Assembly: GCA_000002435.2 (NCBI GenBank)
Contig: CM018789.1
DNA from: Giardia intestinalis
Taxonomy: Eukaryota
Length of the DNA stretch: 64,000 bases
Direction: 5' to 3' (one strand)
The translations under genes were made by a program, and so were the position numbers. Positions 1 through 8,294 of the stretch are shown here, piece after piece; the first letter of the stretch is position 1; each line of letters begins with the position of its first letter. The notes under the pieces were generated by a model, which searched no databases, was not told the DNA's origin, and worked only from the letters and a program-made list of their open reading frames with translations.

Positions 1-757
1 CAGGGGACATAGCGACTTGATGGTGTTGTGACAGCGTAGATAATAGTAGCTGGTTTTGAGTAGTAGCTCCATATTCTTCAAGATCAAAAACACCTACCCC
101 TGCTGATCCCTTAGCACAGCTTATTGTAGATGGAAAGTCATCACCCATCTCTAGTGCTTGAATTAATAAGTCCAATTCCTTAGTGTATGCCTTTGATTCT
201 TGAGTTGGAAGATTGATCCCTACAATCTTGGTCAAGAGTCTTGCAACGCTCCTAATATCGGTAACTAGGTTAGCACTCGCATCCAGACCATATCCTAATA
301 AGGCAATGCGTGATGTGTCTGTAAGAATAACAGTCTCAGCTGAGATGGCCCCATGAGATGAAAAGAGACCATTGTATCCCGGGGTATTAGAAAGAAATGT
401 AACTGCATCACGCAGCTGACTATAGATATCATAAATTTCTGCCTCTGTGAATGGTTCATTCCCCGTGCTCTTCACATTAATAACTTCCGCGAGAGAGGGC
501 TTATCGGAAAACAAAGAGACAAGGTATCCTCTGTGTGCGGAGTCGCTTATATAATCGATATATGGAACCAGGGTCCGCGGTGCACGACTAATAAGCCCCA
601 CAGCGTACTGAAAAACACCTTCTATTGTATCAGCGCAAATACCGGGTACTTGGAAGAGTAAGCACTGTTTCCCATCAGATTCTCGCTGGGCATGTTGCAC
701 ACGCGCATTGTTTAACGGCTCCAGTAAAATGTAGCTGTCAAACTTCCCTCTCAGCAT
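1..757 (-). CDS. NEK-like protein kinase-like gene. Its C-terminal part runs off the window start and the reading frame is disrupted (see findings).
   Basis: On the reverse strand an ATG at 755-757 opens MLRGKFDSYILLEPLNN...YIDYISDSAHRGYLVSLF...TEAEIYDIY, which is kinase N-lobe/hinge-like. Downstream frames give SQLRDAVTFLSNTPGYNGLF, then SSHGAISAETVILTD...LLGYGLDAS...LLTKIVGINLPT, a degenerate HRD/DFG region. The three segments lie in two frames joined by 1-nt shifts near 420 and 361. It is not in the ORF track because it has no clean stop-to-stop ORF. The frame was read by hand and needs verification. Confidence 0.45.
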   Translation of the reverse strand, partial: MLRGKFDSYILLEPLNNARVQHAQRESDGKQCLLFQVPGICADTIEGVFQYAVGLISRAPRTLVPYIDYISDSAHRGYLVSLFSDKPSLAEVINVKSTGNEPFTEAEIYDIYSQLRDAVTFLSNTPGYNGLFSSHGAISAETVILTDTSRIALLGYGLDASANLVTDIRSVARLLTKIVGINLPTQESKAYTKELDLLIQALEMGDDFPSTISCAKGSAGVGVFDLEEYGATTQNQLLLSTLSQHHQVAMSP

Positions 758-835
758 CTCCTTTCTTTGCCAAAATTGAAGCTCAGTTAAAAACAAGGCC
801 TGCTCACGGTCTCAAAATTCAATATCTGGATTTCA

Positions 836-3800
836 ATGGAAACACCATGCTTTTCTATACCAACATCTACAACGGTAATCCAGCCCGAGCAGCCGATCGT
901 TAGCACAGTCAATGAGTCTACTCCTTGTGCGGAGTACTCTATTCCAACCCAGATTTGGCTCGCTGACCAGCTTACAAAATTGAGCCCTGCACGTTTGGCT
1001 CCATTTGACGATTTACTGGAACCAATAGAGGTCCCTACAAAAACAAAAGTCCCGTTCTTGCAAGATGAGGAGCTAAAGGCTCGGGTTATCCAAGAGGCAG
1101 TACAAGCAGAGAAGGATCGGAGGGACTCAATGATGCTCAAGGCAAGAGGGCGGTTTGCACAGCTGGTGCATGAAAGCGCAACAGAAGGTAGGCCAAAGTC
1201 TGCAATCTTTCTGGCTCCGGAGCGAGCAGCCACTCAGTATTCAAAGTTAACCATTAATGAACCCGTCAATAATAGCGAGTTACACCGACCTCCGAGCATA
1301 GATTATGTAAAAAGTAGAACCGTGAGCTCAAAACTGGACAAACACATATCCGAGTACCCCGAATACAAAGAAGCAATGACAAATCAGCGGCAACAACGTA
1401 AAACAAGTAGAAAAGCTGCCTCTCCATCTTGGAGAAGTGTCCGTGCAAAATCTCCAGAGTCCGTTGATGGCATTCTTGCTAAAACTGCCCCACAACTGTT
1501 AGATAATAAGAGATTCAAGCCTCAATACCACCTCGTCGAGACATACGTTGATAACCTCAGTACAACGCCGTTACAGAACTACAAAAGCATCGGGACAAAA
1601 GATACACGGCCTTCGTCGTGTTTTCTTTCATCAGAGAGAGATAAATATGTGCCATCTCTGGCGTACAGACAAAACAAAACAGAATCGGAGCTAAAAGCGC
1701 CTCGCCTTATGGCAGAAAAGGCTTCAGATCCTAAGCGTGCAAGGTGTACTGTTAGGTGCTCTTCTGCTAACGTAGAAGCACGAGAGAGACAGAACGAAGA
1801 TAGCAATGGTCTAAACCCAGTACCTTCGGAGCCCGCAGGAAAGCCTTCTCGTGAAAGAACATTGGCGCGAGAAACATTAGATAATAGAGATTTTTGCGTA
1901 GAGCGCTCCGCCCCGGATAGACTTATGCGAGAGACAGATAAAACCAAGCCAAGCAAGGAGCAGGTCACTAGAGCATTGGGAACACGATCTATAGCGTCTC
2001 GCTCTGTAACCAATCATACATATAAGCGCAACGAACGGTCAGTCAGCCCATGGAAGGATTGGCGTATAAAGAATAGTCTTTCCGTGCGTCAGCCAGAGGT
2101 GGTAACAGATCTACTTGTGACTGACGATAAGGGGAATGATCCACAGAAGCAGAAGGATTCTCTCATGGCTATAGCTAAACAAAAGGGCAAGGTTGATGAA
2201 CGCCTTCGTGACCAGGGTGTGAAAGCTAAGAGGAACATGAGTGGCGCACAAGAGAACCTACCGAACGATCCTGCTAGCGTTGATGCCCAGTATGAGACAA
2301 AAGATATAGATGCTAAAGCAATCAAGGCAAAATTAGATGAGAAATATGGGCAAAAACGCTTTAGGAATAATGTGTCAATGGAAAATAGCAGAATAGATAT
2401 AATAAAAGAGAATACAAACGCTATACAAGGTACTCAGCCAATCGACCGTAGGCTGGTGGCACAGTTGAGACAAGAGCACGTCAGGAAACTTGGCGCAGGG
2501 AGAAATTCTTCAGAACTTAGGTATAGCCCAAATAGGCGGGCACAGAGCATCATTGCAAAGGCCAAACAGTCTGCATTTTGTTTGGAGGACGAAGAATCAA
2601 GTACGGTATATGCCGACGGAAATGCACGCTCCCCAAGCTCTCGCAGAGGAGCCTCACTTCCACCGGATGAGCCCCACAGGATATCTGGTTGTTCAAGCAC
2701 GACAGCTCGATTAACGAATCGAATCCCGGTACATGATAGAATTAAGTACAAGACCAGTGCATATATTCCCGACTATTCTAAAACGTCTGGTAGAGACCAG
2801 AGCCCTGGACACAGGCACCTTTGTAATGTAAGTCCTATGGAGGCCCCGCAGTCAGCCCCAGCAAGAGCACGAGGAACCTCGTGTGGGAAAAGAGGTGCCC
2901 CTACTAGTCCGAGATATCATGATATGCAAGGTCTGCTATATACGCCAGCAGGCTTACCGGTTCCGAAATCTCTTGTATCTATGTTATCTGATAATATTCT
3001 CGGAAATATCAAGGAGATTCCCGCGTCCACCATTACTGCAGATGTAGAAGGAGCACAAACATTTCTCGTAGCCAGAGAACATACAGACTATACTGGGGTC
3101 AGGAGGTTTTCTGCGCAACGACCGATCTCAGTCAATGATTTGCACTCAAGTCCAGGGCGCAACCATGTCCCCATGTCCCAGCAATCTCCTCGCTCCAGGC
3201 CAATCACTCAATCTGGTATGCGATACGATTCCAAGAGAGCCGCAGAGCCATTCCAGCCTGTTGTAGACAACTTTGACTTCATGCCAAATGCGGAAGCGAC
3301 CATAGAAGAAGCGAACTTGGAACGGAAGCGCTATAACATGACACATCCGACCCTTACACTGGCAAGTAAGATGCCTAAAACGGGGAGGGAGGTTGTCCCA
3401 GGAAAGATGGCGGCTTACACGCTGACAAACCTGAATGTGCCTATGTCGACTATGATCACAAAAGCGAACGAGACTCAAGCAGGAGCAGAACTTCATAGAC
3501 CCATAATCTCGACAAGTCACTTTGACTATATAGAACAGCTAGACGTGCGCAGCGCTGGAGCATACGTGAAGCCAAGAGTCAAGGTCCCACGTATAATGCC
3601 AAACAAGTTTGAGGGAAGCAACATGGAAGCCAGCCGGTTGGGCCTAGACCTAAAGATTGGTCTTCTAGACGATGAATATATGCAAGGCAGTAAGTTTTAT
3701 GACAAGACGCACATAGATGACTGCTTTAAGAGTGTTGCCAGTTCTCCCTGCTTTTCCCTACAAACCACTAGACCAGAATTCGTTAAGAAAGGACATGATA

Positions 3801-3886
3801 TCACGTATAAAGTTAACTACAGTGCAGTTGAGCCTAGAATTGCAACAAGTCCGTCTATGGCGCGGCAAAGACGCCGTTTCAAGTAG
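836..3886 (+). CDS. Hypothetical basic, Ser/Arg/Lys-rich low-complexity protein of 1016 aa.
   Basis: An uninterrupted 3-kb ORF with an ATG at 836 behind an AT-rich initiator (caaaattcaatatctggatttcaATG). I see no recognisable domain. Confidence 0.6.
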   Translation: METPCFSIPTSTTVIQPEQPIVSTVNESTPCAEYSIPTQIWLADQLTKLSPARLAPFDDLLEPIEVPTKTKVPFLQDEELKARVIQEAVQAEKDRRDSMMLKARGRFAQLVHESATEGRPKSAIFLAPERAATQYSKLTINEPVNNSELHRPPSIDYVKSRTVSSKLDKHISEYPEYKEAMTNQRQQRKTSRKAASPSWRSVRAKSPESVDGILAKTAPQLLDNKRFKPQYHLVETYVDNLSTTPLQNYKSIGTKDTRPSSCFLSSERDKYVPSLAYRQNKTESELKAPRLMAEKASDPKRARCTVRCSSANVEARERQNEDSNGLNPVPSEPAGKPSRERTLARETLDNRDFCVERSAPDRLMRETDKTKPSKEQVTRALGTRSIASRSVTNHTYKRNERSVSPWKDWRIKNSLSVRQPEVVTDLLVTDDKGNDPQKQKDSLMAIAKQKGKVDERLRDQGVKAKRNMSGAQENLPNDPASVDAQYETKDIDAKAIKAKLDEKYGQKRFRNNVSMENSRIDIIKENTNAIQGTQPIDRRLVAQLRQEHVRKLGAGRNSSELRYSPNRRAQSIIAKAKQSAFCLEDEESSTVYADGNARSPSSRRGASLPPDEPHRISGCSSTTARLTNRIPVHDRIKYKTSAYIPDYSKTSGRDQSPGHRHLCNVSPMEAPQSAPARARGTSCGKRGAPTSPRYHDMQGLLYTPAGLPVPKSLVSMLSDNILGNIKEIPASTITADVEGAQTFLVAREHTDYTGVRRFSAQRPISVNDLHSSPGRNHVPMSQQSPRSRPITQSGMRYDSKRAAEPFQPVVDNFDFMPNAEATIEEANLERKRYNMTHPTLTLASKMPKTGREVVPGKMAAYTLTNLNVPMSTMITKANETQAGAELHRPIISTSHFDYIEQLDVRSAGAYVKPRVKVPRIMPNKFEGSNMEASRLGLDLKIGLLDDEYMQGSKFYDKTHIDDCFKSVASSPCFSLQTTRPEFVKKGHDITYKVNYSAVEPRIATSPSMARQRRRFK

Positions 3887-3908
3887 ATGAAGATGGGAAT
3901 AGATACAT

Positions 3909-5264
3909 TTAGCTCCTCTCTTCATATTTATCTAAGCACAGAAGACAATCTGTGGCCTGAAACTCTTCACACCACTGTCTCACGGTTTTCCCATGGGGGA
4001 ATTGTGAAGATGGAGGTTGCGATAGGTGGTATTCTTTAGGAAGAAGCAGCTCAAATGCTGCCTTTGCATTTGCCTGGCCGGCAGCCATCAGGGCGGTGAA
4101 TCCTGATCCGCACCTATGATGTCCACGTGTTATCAGTGAGCACTCCTTGGCCATCAGGAGTTGCACAGCAAAGACCCAATTATTTGCTGCTGCGATCATC
4201 AGCGCTGTCTCGCCAAAGTAATCGGATTGACCTGCCTCAGCCGGTGCCAGGATTGGAATTGCTTCCATAAAGCCTTCTTTGCATGCAATGATAAGTGCCG
4301 TTTCCCCACAAGCCATTTGCTCACCACCCTCAGCGGAGGCAAGAATATGTAGGGGTTCGATGTGATGATGAATTACAGCTGTTGCTAGGGCGGTATACCC
4401 AAGAAAATTCTTCTGTTTGCGCTGCGCTAAGTTTCTTTGAATCATGGGCAAGTCATTGACGGCGGCGGCTACAATGAGCGGAGTCGAGCCTACTGCGTCA
4501 AGAATACGATACTCTCCGTGAAGCACCTCAAAGGCCTGGAGAATATATGGAGAAGTGTTAAACTCGTGAGAGGTAATTCTATTCGATGGAGACGGGGCAA
4601 CAAAGCGGGTTAAAAGAGCTACCAACGACGAAGATGCCAGACTATAGGCTTCAGTACAGTGTCTGCGGTGTATTTGCGTATTGATGGCATATAGCTCCAA
4701 CATCAGAATACCAATACTATAAAGTGCAGAGCTAAAACTGGTTCTAGTAGGCTTGTGGTCTTTTTGGAGCAAAAGTGGATCAGCTGCTGGAAGTTTTGTA
4801 AAGAGAGACGGGTTTAGTGAAAAATAAATAGAGTCACAAAGAGAAAAGGCCAAAGAGCCGTTGTTTTCAAAGTACAAGGATGTTGGGAGAAAAGTAATGG
4901 TAAGAGGATAGCGTTGAAGCCAACCACCAAGCTTATAGTGCTCTAAGAAGAGCATCACTTGAAGGAGTATTTTGTAGAGATAGCTAACGTCTATGGTGTC
5001 TTCATGAAACAGACACGCAGCAGCAAAAGATTCTAGATTAATACCACTAGTACTAGGCTCTATGATGGCTGTAATCTGATTATCAGTACTTTCCACCTCC
5101 AAGATGCGACCTCTTGGCAAGGCCCCGGGTCTAATTTCTCCAGCGGACGTCACAATCATCCTCTGAAGGGCTCTAGCGTTGATACCTGTTACTGGAGGAA
5201 TGGTCGTGCAAACTCCCAAGCGCCCGCACTTCATCCGTGTCAGATGCCTTTCAAATGTACACAT
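3909..5264 (-). CDS. NEK-like pseudokinase with C-terminal ankyrin repeats (Giardia NEK / protein 21.1-type).
   Basis: N-terminal kinase-fold motifs with the HRD and DFG residues degenerate (ILLQVMLFLEHYKLGGW, FSSALYSIGILMLELY). The C-terminus has at least four ankyrin repeats (GSTPLIVAAAVND, GYTALATAVIHHH, GETALIIACKEGF, GETALMIAAANN, GFTALMAAGQANA). The ATG at 5264 follows an AT-rich initiator. Confidence 0.75.
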   Translation of the reverse strand: MCTFERHLTRMKCGRLGVCTTIPPVTGINARALQRMIVTSAGEIRPGALPRGRILEVESTDNQITAIIEPSTSGINLESFAAACLFHEDTIDVSYLYKILLQVMLFLEHYKLGGWLQRYPLTITFLPTSLYFENNGSLAFSLCDSIYFSLNPSLFTKLPAADPLLLQKDHKPTRTSFSSALYSIGILMLELYAINTQIHRRHCTEAYSLASSSLVALLTRFVAPSPSNRITSHEFNTSPYILQAFEVLHGEYRILDAVGSTPLIVAAAVNDLPMIQRNLAQRKQKNFLGYTALATAVIHHHIEPLHILASAEGGEQMACGETALIIACKEGFMEAIPILAPAEAGQSDYFGETALMIAAANNWVFAVQLLMAKECSLITRGHHRCGSGFTALMAAGQANAKAAFELLLPKEYHLSQPPSSQFPHGKTVRQWCEEFQATDCLLCLDKYEERS

Positions 5265-5279
5265 CGACCAATTTTAAAA
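5265..5279. promoter_or_regulatory. A 15-bp AT-rich spacer between divergent start codons. It is a minimal bidirectional initiator.
   Basis: gaccaattttaaaaa sits between the ATG at 5264 (-) and the ATG at 5280 (+). Confidence 0.45.
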
Positions 5280-6128
5280 ATGTCCATAGCAGATGCTGAA
5301 AAGCTGATCAAGTCTGCTGAAAAGAGTGCCAAGAAAGGTCTCTTTTCGAAGCCAAATCCAGATGCTGCACTATCTGACTATAGAGAGGCAGGAAAGATAT
5401 TCAAGCAGTTGGGTGCCATGGACCGGGCACAGATTGCTTTCACCCGAGCAGCAGAGTCTGCCGTCAGTGCTAAAATGGAGCAGCCTGCTGCCGTGCTATA
5501 TAGAGAGGCTGCAGAGTGTGCGAGACAACAGCTTGGAGTGGGAAGTGTTAAAAAGGCTGACGTGGCATCTTTGCATCGGAGATGTGCGGAATACATGTGT
5601 CTCGCTGGCAAGTTTCTAGAGGCGGCGCGAGAGTACGTCAATATGTGCAAATATCTTGACAGTACTAAGGATGTCGACTCGACAATGAAGCAAGCCCTTG
5701 CGTTGTTTGAACAGGAAAAAAGACCGATGCAGGCATGTAGCACAATAATGGAGCTTATAGATGCCATCTGTTTGGATAAGACACAACTAGGCAATGTACT
5801 CCAGCTTGTTGAGAAGGCCACGGAAATGTACCGTTCCATGGCCGGCTATGGATTTAAAGTAGACATGCTCACGCTCTTCCACATAGTACTTCTTCTTACT
5901 GCTGATGACCCCGAAAGAGCAAGAGAACAATTGCTAAGATTTGACAGTTTCAAAGATTCGGCAGCCATGGCGGAGGACATTATAAATGCGTATGAGAGTG
6001 GAGACAAGGAGGCCATGGACACCGCGAGAAGCAACAATGGTGCCCGCATCACCTTGACCAACAACATGCTCCGCGTCCTCGACCAGCTAGTGCCATCTGA
6101 AAAGACAGATGCCGAGAAGTACCTTTGA
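5280..6128 (+). CDS. SNAP-like (soluble NSF attachment protein family) TPR-like helical protein, about 283 aa.
   Basis: The first ATG after the aaaa initiator is at 5280 (MSIADAEKLIKSAEKSAKKGLFS...). Length, N-terminal 'AE..AEK..KGLF' and the repeated amphipathic-helix layout resemble alpha/gamma-SNAP. This rests on remembered similarity only. The track ORF starts at 5244, but that would overlap the divergent gene. Confidence 0.5.
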   Translation: MSIADAEKLIKSAEKSAKKGLFSKPNPDAALSDYREAGKIFKQLGAMDRAQIAFTRAAESAVSAKMEQPAAVLYREAAECARQQLGVGSVKKADVASLHRRCAEYMCLAGKFLEAAREYVNMCKYLDSTKDVDSTMKQALALFEQEKRPMQACSTIMELIDAICLDKTQLGNVLQLVEKATEMYRSMAGYGFKVDMLTLFHIVLLLTADDPERAREQLLRFDSFKDSAAMAEDIINAYESGDKEAMDTARSNNGARITLTNNMLRVLDQLVPSEKTDAEKYL

Positions 6129-6130
6129 GC

Positions 6131-6137
6131 AGTGAAT
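6131..6137 (+). promoter_or_regulatory. Putative polyadenylation signal (AGTRAAY).
   Basis: AGTGAAT lies 3 nt after the TGA stop of the SNAP-like gene. Confidence 0.4.
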
Positions 6138-6527
6138 TTACCCTTTGACTTTGCTTTTGGCTACACGCCCAAGTCCTGGAATGACAAACGAGGGCTTTGT
6201 GGGCTTTGTAGGGGCGGACTTGTGTGCAGATTCCGTTATCGTAGGCCTTTGGGGTGGCGCAGGCTTTACTCTTTGGGTTGCGCTTGATGTGGAGGGCTTC
6301 ACAGGGATAACATCCTTATCCTGTGTAAAGAATGCCACCTCCTCGCCCCGAAGAACAACCAAGCCAAGGCTGCGGGCACTTTCTTTAACGCGGCAGCAAC
6401 AAGACGAAATAACCATGTTCATATGCCTATCAATGGCTAGCAGCGTCCCTGTGTAAACGTAACCATTCAATGCATGCACCGTCAACGGAGAACCCACGTA
6501 GTTCACTAACTTTGGGGCCCTTACCAT
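6138..6527 (-). CDS. Sm-like (Sm/LSm) protein with a basic, Pro-rich C-terminal tail.
   Basis: Sm1-like PLTVHALNGYVYTGTLLAIDRHMNMVIS and Sm2-like RSLGLVVLRGEEVAFF motifs are present. The ATG at 6527 follows an AT-rich initiator. Confidence 0.7.
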   Translation of the reverse strand: MVRAPKLVNYVGSPLTVHALNGYVYTGTLLAIDRHMNMVISSCCCRVKESARSLGLVVLRGEEVAFFTQDKDVIPVKPSTSSATQRVKPAPPQRPTITESAHKSAPTKPTKPSFVIPGLGRVAKSKVKG

Positions 6528-6542
6528 TTAATCACGCCTCTT

Positions 6543-7628
6543 TTAGAAATTGCGGGCCTCAAAGTCCTCTACAATGCGTGTCACGACAGCCAGTGCCGTG
6601 TCACGGTCCTTTGCGCCCCCAAGGAAACCGCTCTTATGAACAAAAGACATGCCCTGGTACCCGCTGACATTCTGAAGCGCTTCGTCCCTCAGCCCGCGCC
6701 AGGCCTCCGGGAGTCCCAGCCTGAATGCAAATGAGCCCTTCTGTGTCGAAACGGTCCTAATACGGTAGCCAGCTTGGTAGTCGTCTGGATGTATGAGAAA
6801 CAGGATAGTGTCACCGCCAGGCCCGTCTTTGCATAGAGATAGATCATGTTCCACCGAATGAATAAATTGTTGATATGGCCCCGGGCTAGAGAGCTCAATG
6901 ATGCGACCACTGGGGTGAAGCTTATGTGCTTGCTCAATAGCTCTAACAAGCTCTCTGCGCGCGGGCAAGTAAGTTATTACTACGGTCTGTATCCACTCCA
7001 TGAAGTCCTGTCCAGCCATCTTGTAAGCTGTTCCAAAACCCTCATCACCGGCAATCTCATAAATGCGAGTGATTCGTGCACTCATAGATGTGGGGTCAGT
7101 CCATCGGCAAATAGGCTCAGACCCATCAGTGTTATAGTGACTCTCTACCCCGTTGTCCACAGCGTCAACCACGCGGATATAGTTGTCATACACATAGTGA
7201 TAGAGAAACTCAAGCTCTGTGGGCCCGTCTAAACGCGGGAAGAGCTGCTTTAGAATACTTCTTCCATAGTGCACATATATTAGTCCTGCAGAACTTAAAC
7301 ATATGTCTTTGTACGCATCTGAAAAGAACACCTGGAAGCCCTTCATGTGATGATCGAAGCACAGCTTCTCGCTATCGTAAACATCCCCCACATCCACTGT
7401 GATGGTAGCAAACTCTAGCTCTTCAGGGTCGCGCGTACGCATGATGCGTGCGTCAATATAATCTGGAAGCTGCTTAATGAACCAAACCGCAAGACATTCG
7501 TCCCAGTGAAATTTACCGTCATGGGTGGCAATAATTTTAAATGGTGTGCCTGAACCCTGCTTAGGGGAGTCAGATGAAACTATGCTTGACGTGGAGGCCA
7601 CGAATTTGAGCTTCGAGGTGTCAATCAT
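6543..7628 (-). CDS. MYG1: MYG1 / UPF0160 family metal-dependent protein hydrolase.
   Basis: Strong match to MYG1 over its full length, including THDGKFHWDECLA, RTRDPEEL, SSAGLIYVHYG, VDAVDNG and LPEAWRGLRDEAL (human MYG1 has LPEPWRGLRDEAL). Confidence 0.85.
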   Translation of the reverse strand: MIDTSKLKFVASTSSIVSSDSPKQGSGTPFKIIATHDGKFHWDECLAVWFIKQLPDYIDARIMRTRDPEELEFATITVDVGDVYDSEKLCFDHHMKGFQVFFSDAYKDICLSSAGLIYVHYGRSILKQLFPRLDGPTELEFLYHYVYDNYIRVVDAVDNGVESHYNTDGSEPICRWTDPTSMSARITRIYEIAGDEGFGTAYKMAGQDFMEWIQTVVITYLPARRELVRAIEQAHKLHPSGRIIELSSPGPYQQFIHSVEHDLSLCKDGPGGDTILFLIHPDDYQAGYRIRTVSTQKGSFAFRLGLPEAWRGLRDEALQNVSGYQGMSFVHKSGFLGGAKDRDTALAVVTRIVEDFEARNF

Positions 7629-7649
7629 TTTTTAAGTCGGTGTATCTTT

Positions 7650-8177
7650 TTACTCTATCATATAAATTCGTCCGTTCTCATGCATGTCTGCCGGTGGCAT
7701 TTGCACAGCCGGATACCCTATGGCTAAAGCACAGAGTACTCTTCTGTTTGGCGAGTTGAGTAACCGTAAAACATCCAGGACAATCCTTTCCGAATCTTCT
7801 CCGTAAACGTTCTTGCGGCCATAGAATTGCTCCCAGGAACAGGCGAGGCCAAAGTCTGAGCATGCTAGCTGGATCATGGCGGCGGCTATCGACATGTCCG
7901 TCGCGATGCTTGTTACCCCGTCATTTTGTATTCCCATAACGACAATCAGCAGCTTTGCATGCTGCATATATTCTGCTTTTTCGCCCTTGGCCTGCGAAAT
8001 CGTCTTTATTATGCGCGGATTAGTCACAAACGCGAACTCCGTGTGTCGCGTGTTATGCCCCGTGGGGATAGCGACGGCAACTTTGCGTAAATATTCGATG
8101 GCCTCTATTGAAACGGATTCCTTCGTGTACTGCTTGATTGCGCGCCTCCGTAAGATAGCGTCACAAATGGGAGGCAT
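7650..8177 (-). CDS. Nitroreductase-family protein, about 175 aa.
   Basis: MPPICDAILRRRAIKQYTKE... has the typical nitroreductase N-terminus and fold length. The track start at 8204 is GTG. The first ATG is at 8177, behind an AT-rich initiator (ggaaatttcaaaggtctATG). Confidence 0.55.
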   Translation of the reverse strand: MPPICDAILRRRAIKQYTKESVSIEAIEYLRKVAVAIPTGHNTRHTEFAFVTNPRIIKTISQAKGEKAEYMQHAKLLIVVMGIQNDGVTSIATDMSIAAAMIQLACSDFGLACSWEQFYGRKNVYGEDSERIVLDVLRLLNSPNRRVLCALAIGYPAVQMPPADMHENGRIYMIE

Positions 8178-8240
8178 AGACCTTTGAAATTTCCAGTTTT
8201 TCACGTCTTTTTACATTTCTCACAAGGACTGAGGATTTGC

Positions 8241-8273
8241 ATCTATATCTATATCTGTATCTGCATCTGCATC
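8241..8273. repeat. Imperfect ATCT/ATCTGC microsatellite in a divergent 5' region.
   Basis: The sequence is atctatatctatatctgtatctgcatctgcatc. Confidence 0.8.
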
Positions 8274-8294
8274 CATAACTTCACCCTTGCCTTT

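Noticed and set aside
787-1233. A 148-aa ORF on the minus strand.
   Set aside because: It lies entirely antisense inside the 3-kb plus-strand ORF 836-3886. Its composition is low-complexity and it shows no motifs, so it is a shadow ORF.
6145-6456. A 103-aa plus-strand ORF.
   Set aside because: It is antisense to the Sm-like gene, which has clear Sm1/Sm2 motifs.
8184-8294. The N-terminal extension of the 1053-aa ORF (MKFPVFHVFLHFSQGLRICIYIYICICICI).
   Set aside because: The 'M' is a TTG codon in the sequence. The ICICICI run is a translated ATCT microsatellite. The extension would also overlap the nitroreductase start. I moved the start to the first ATG.
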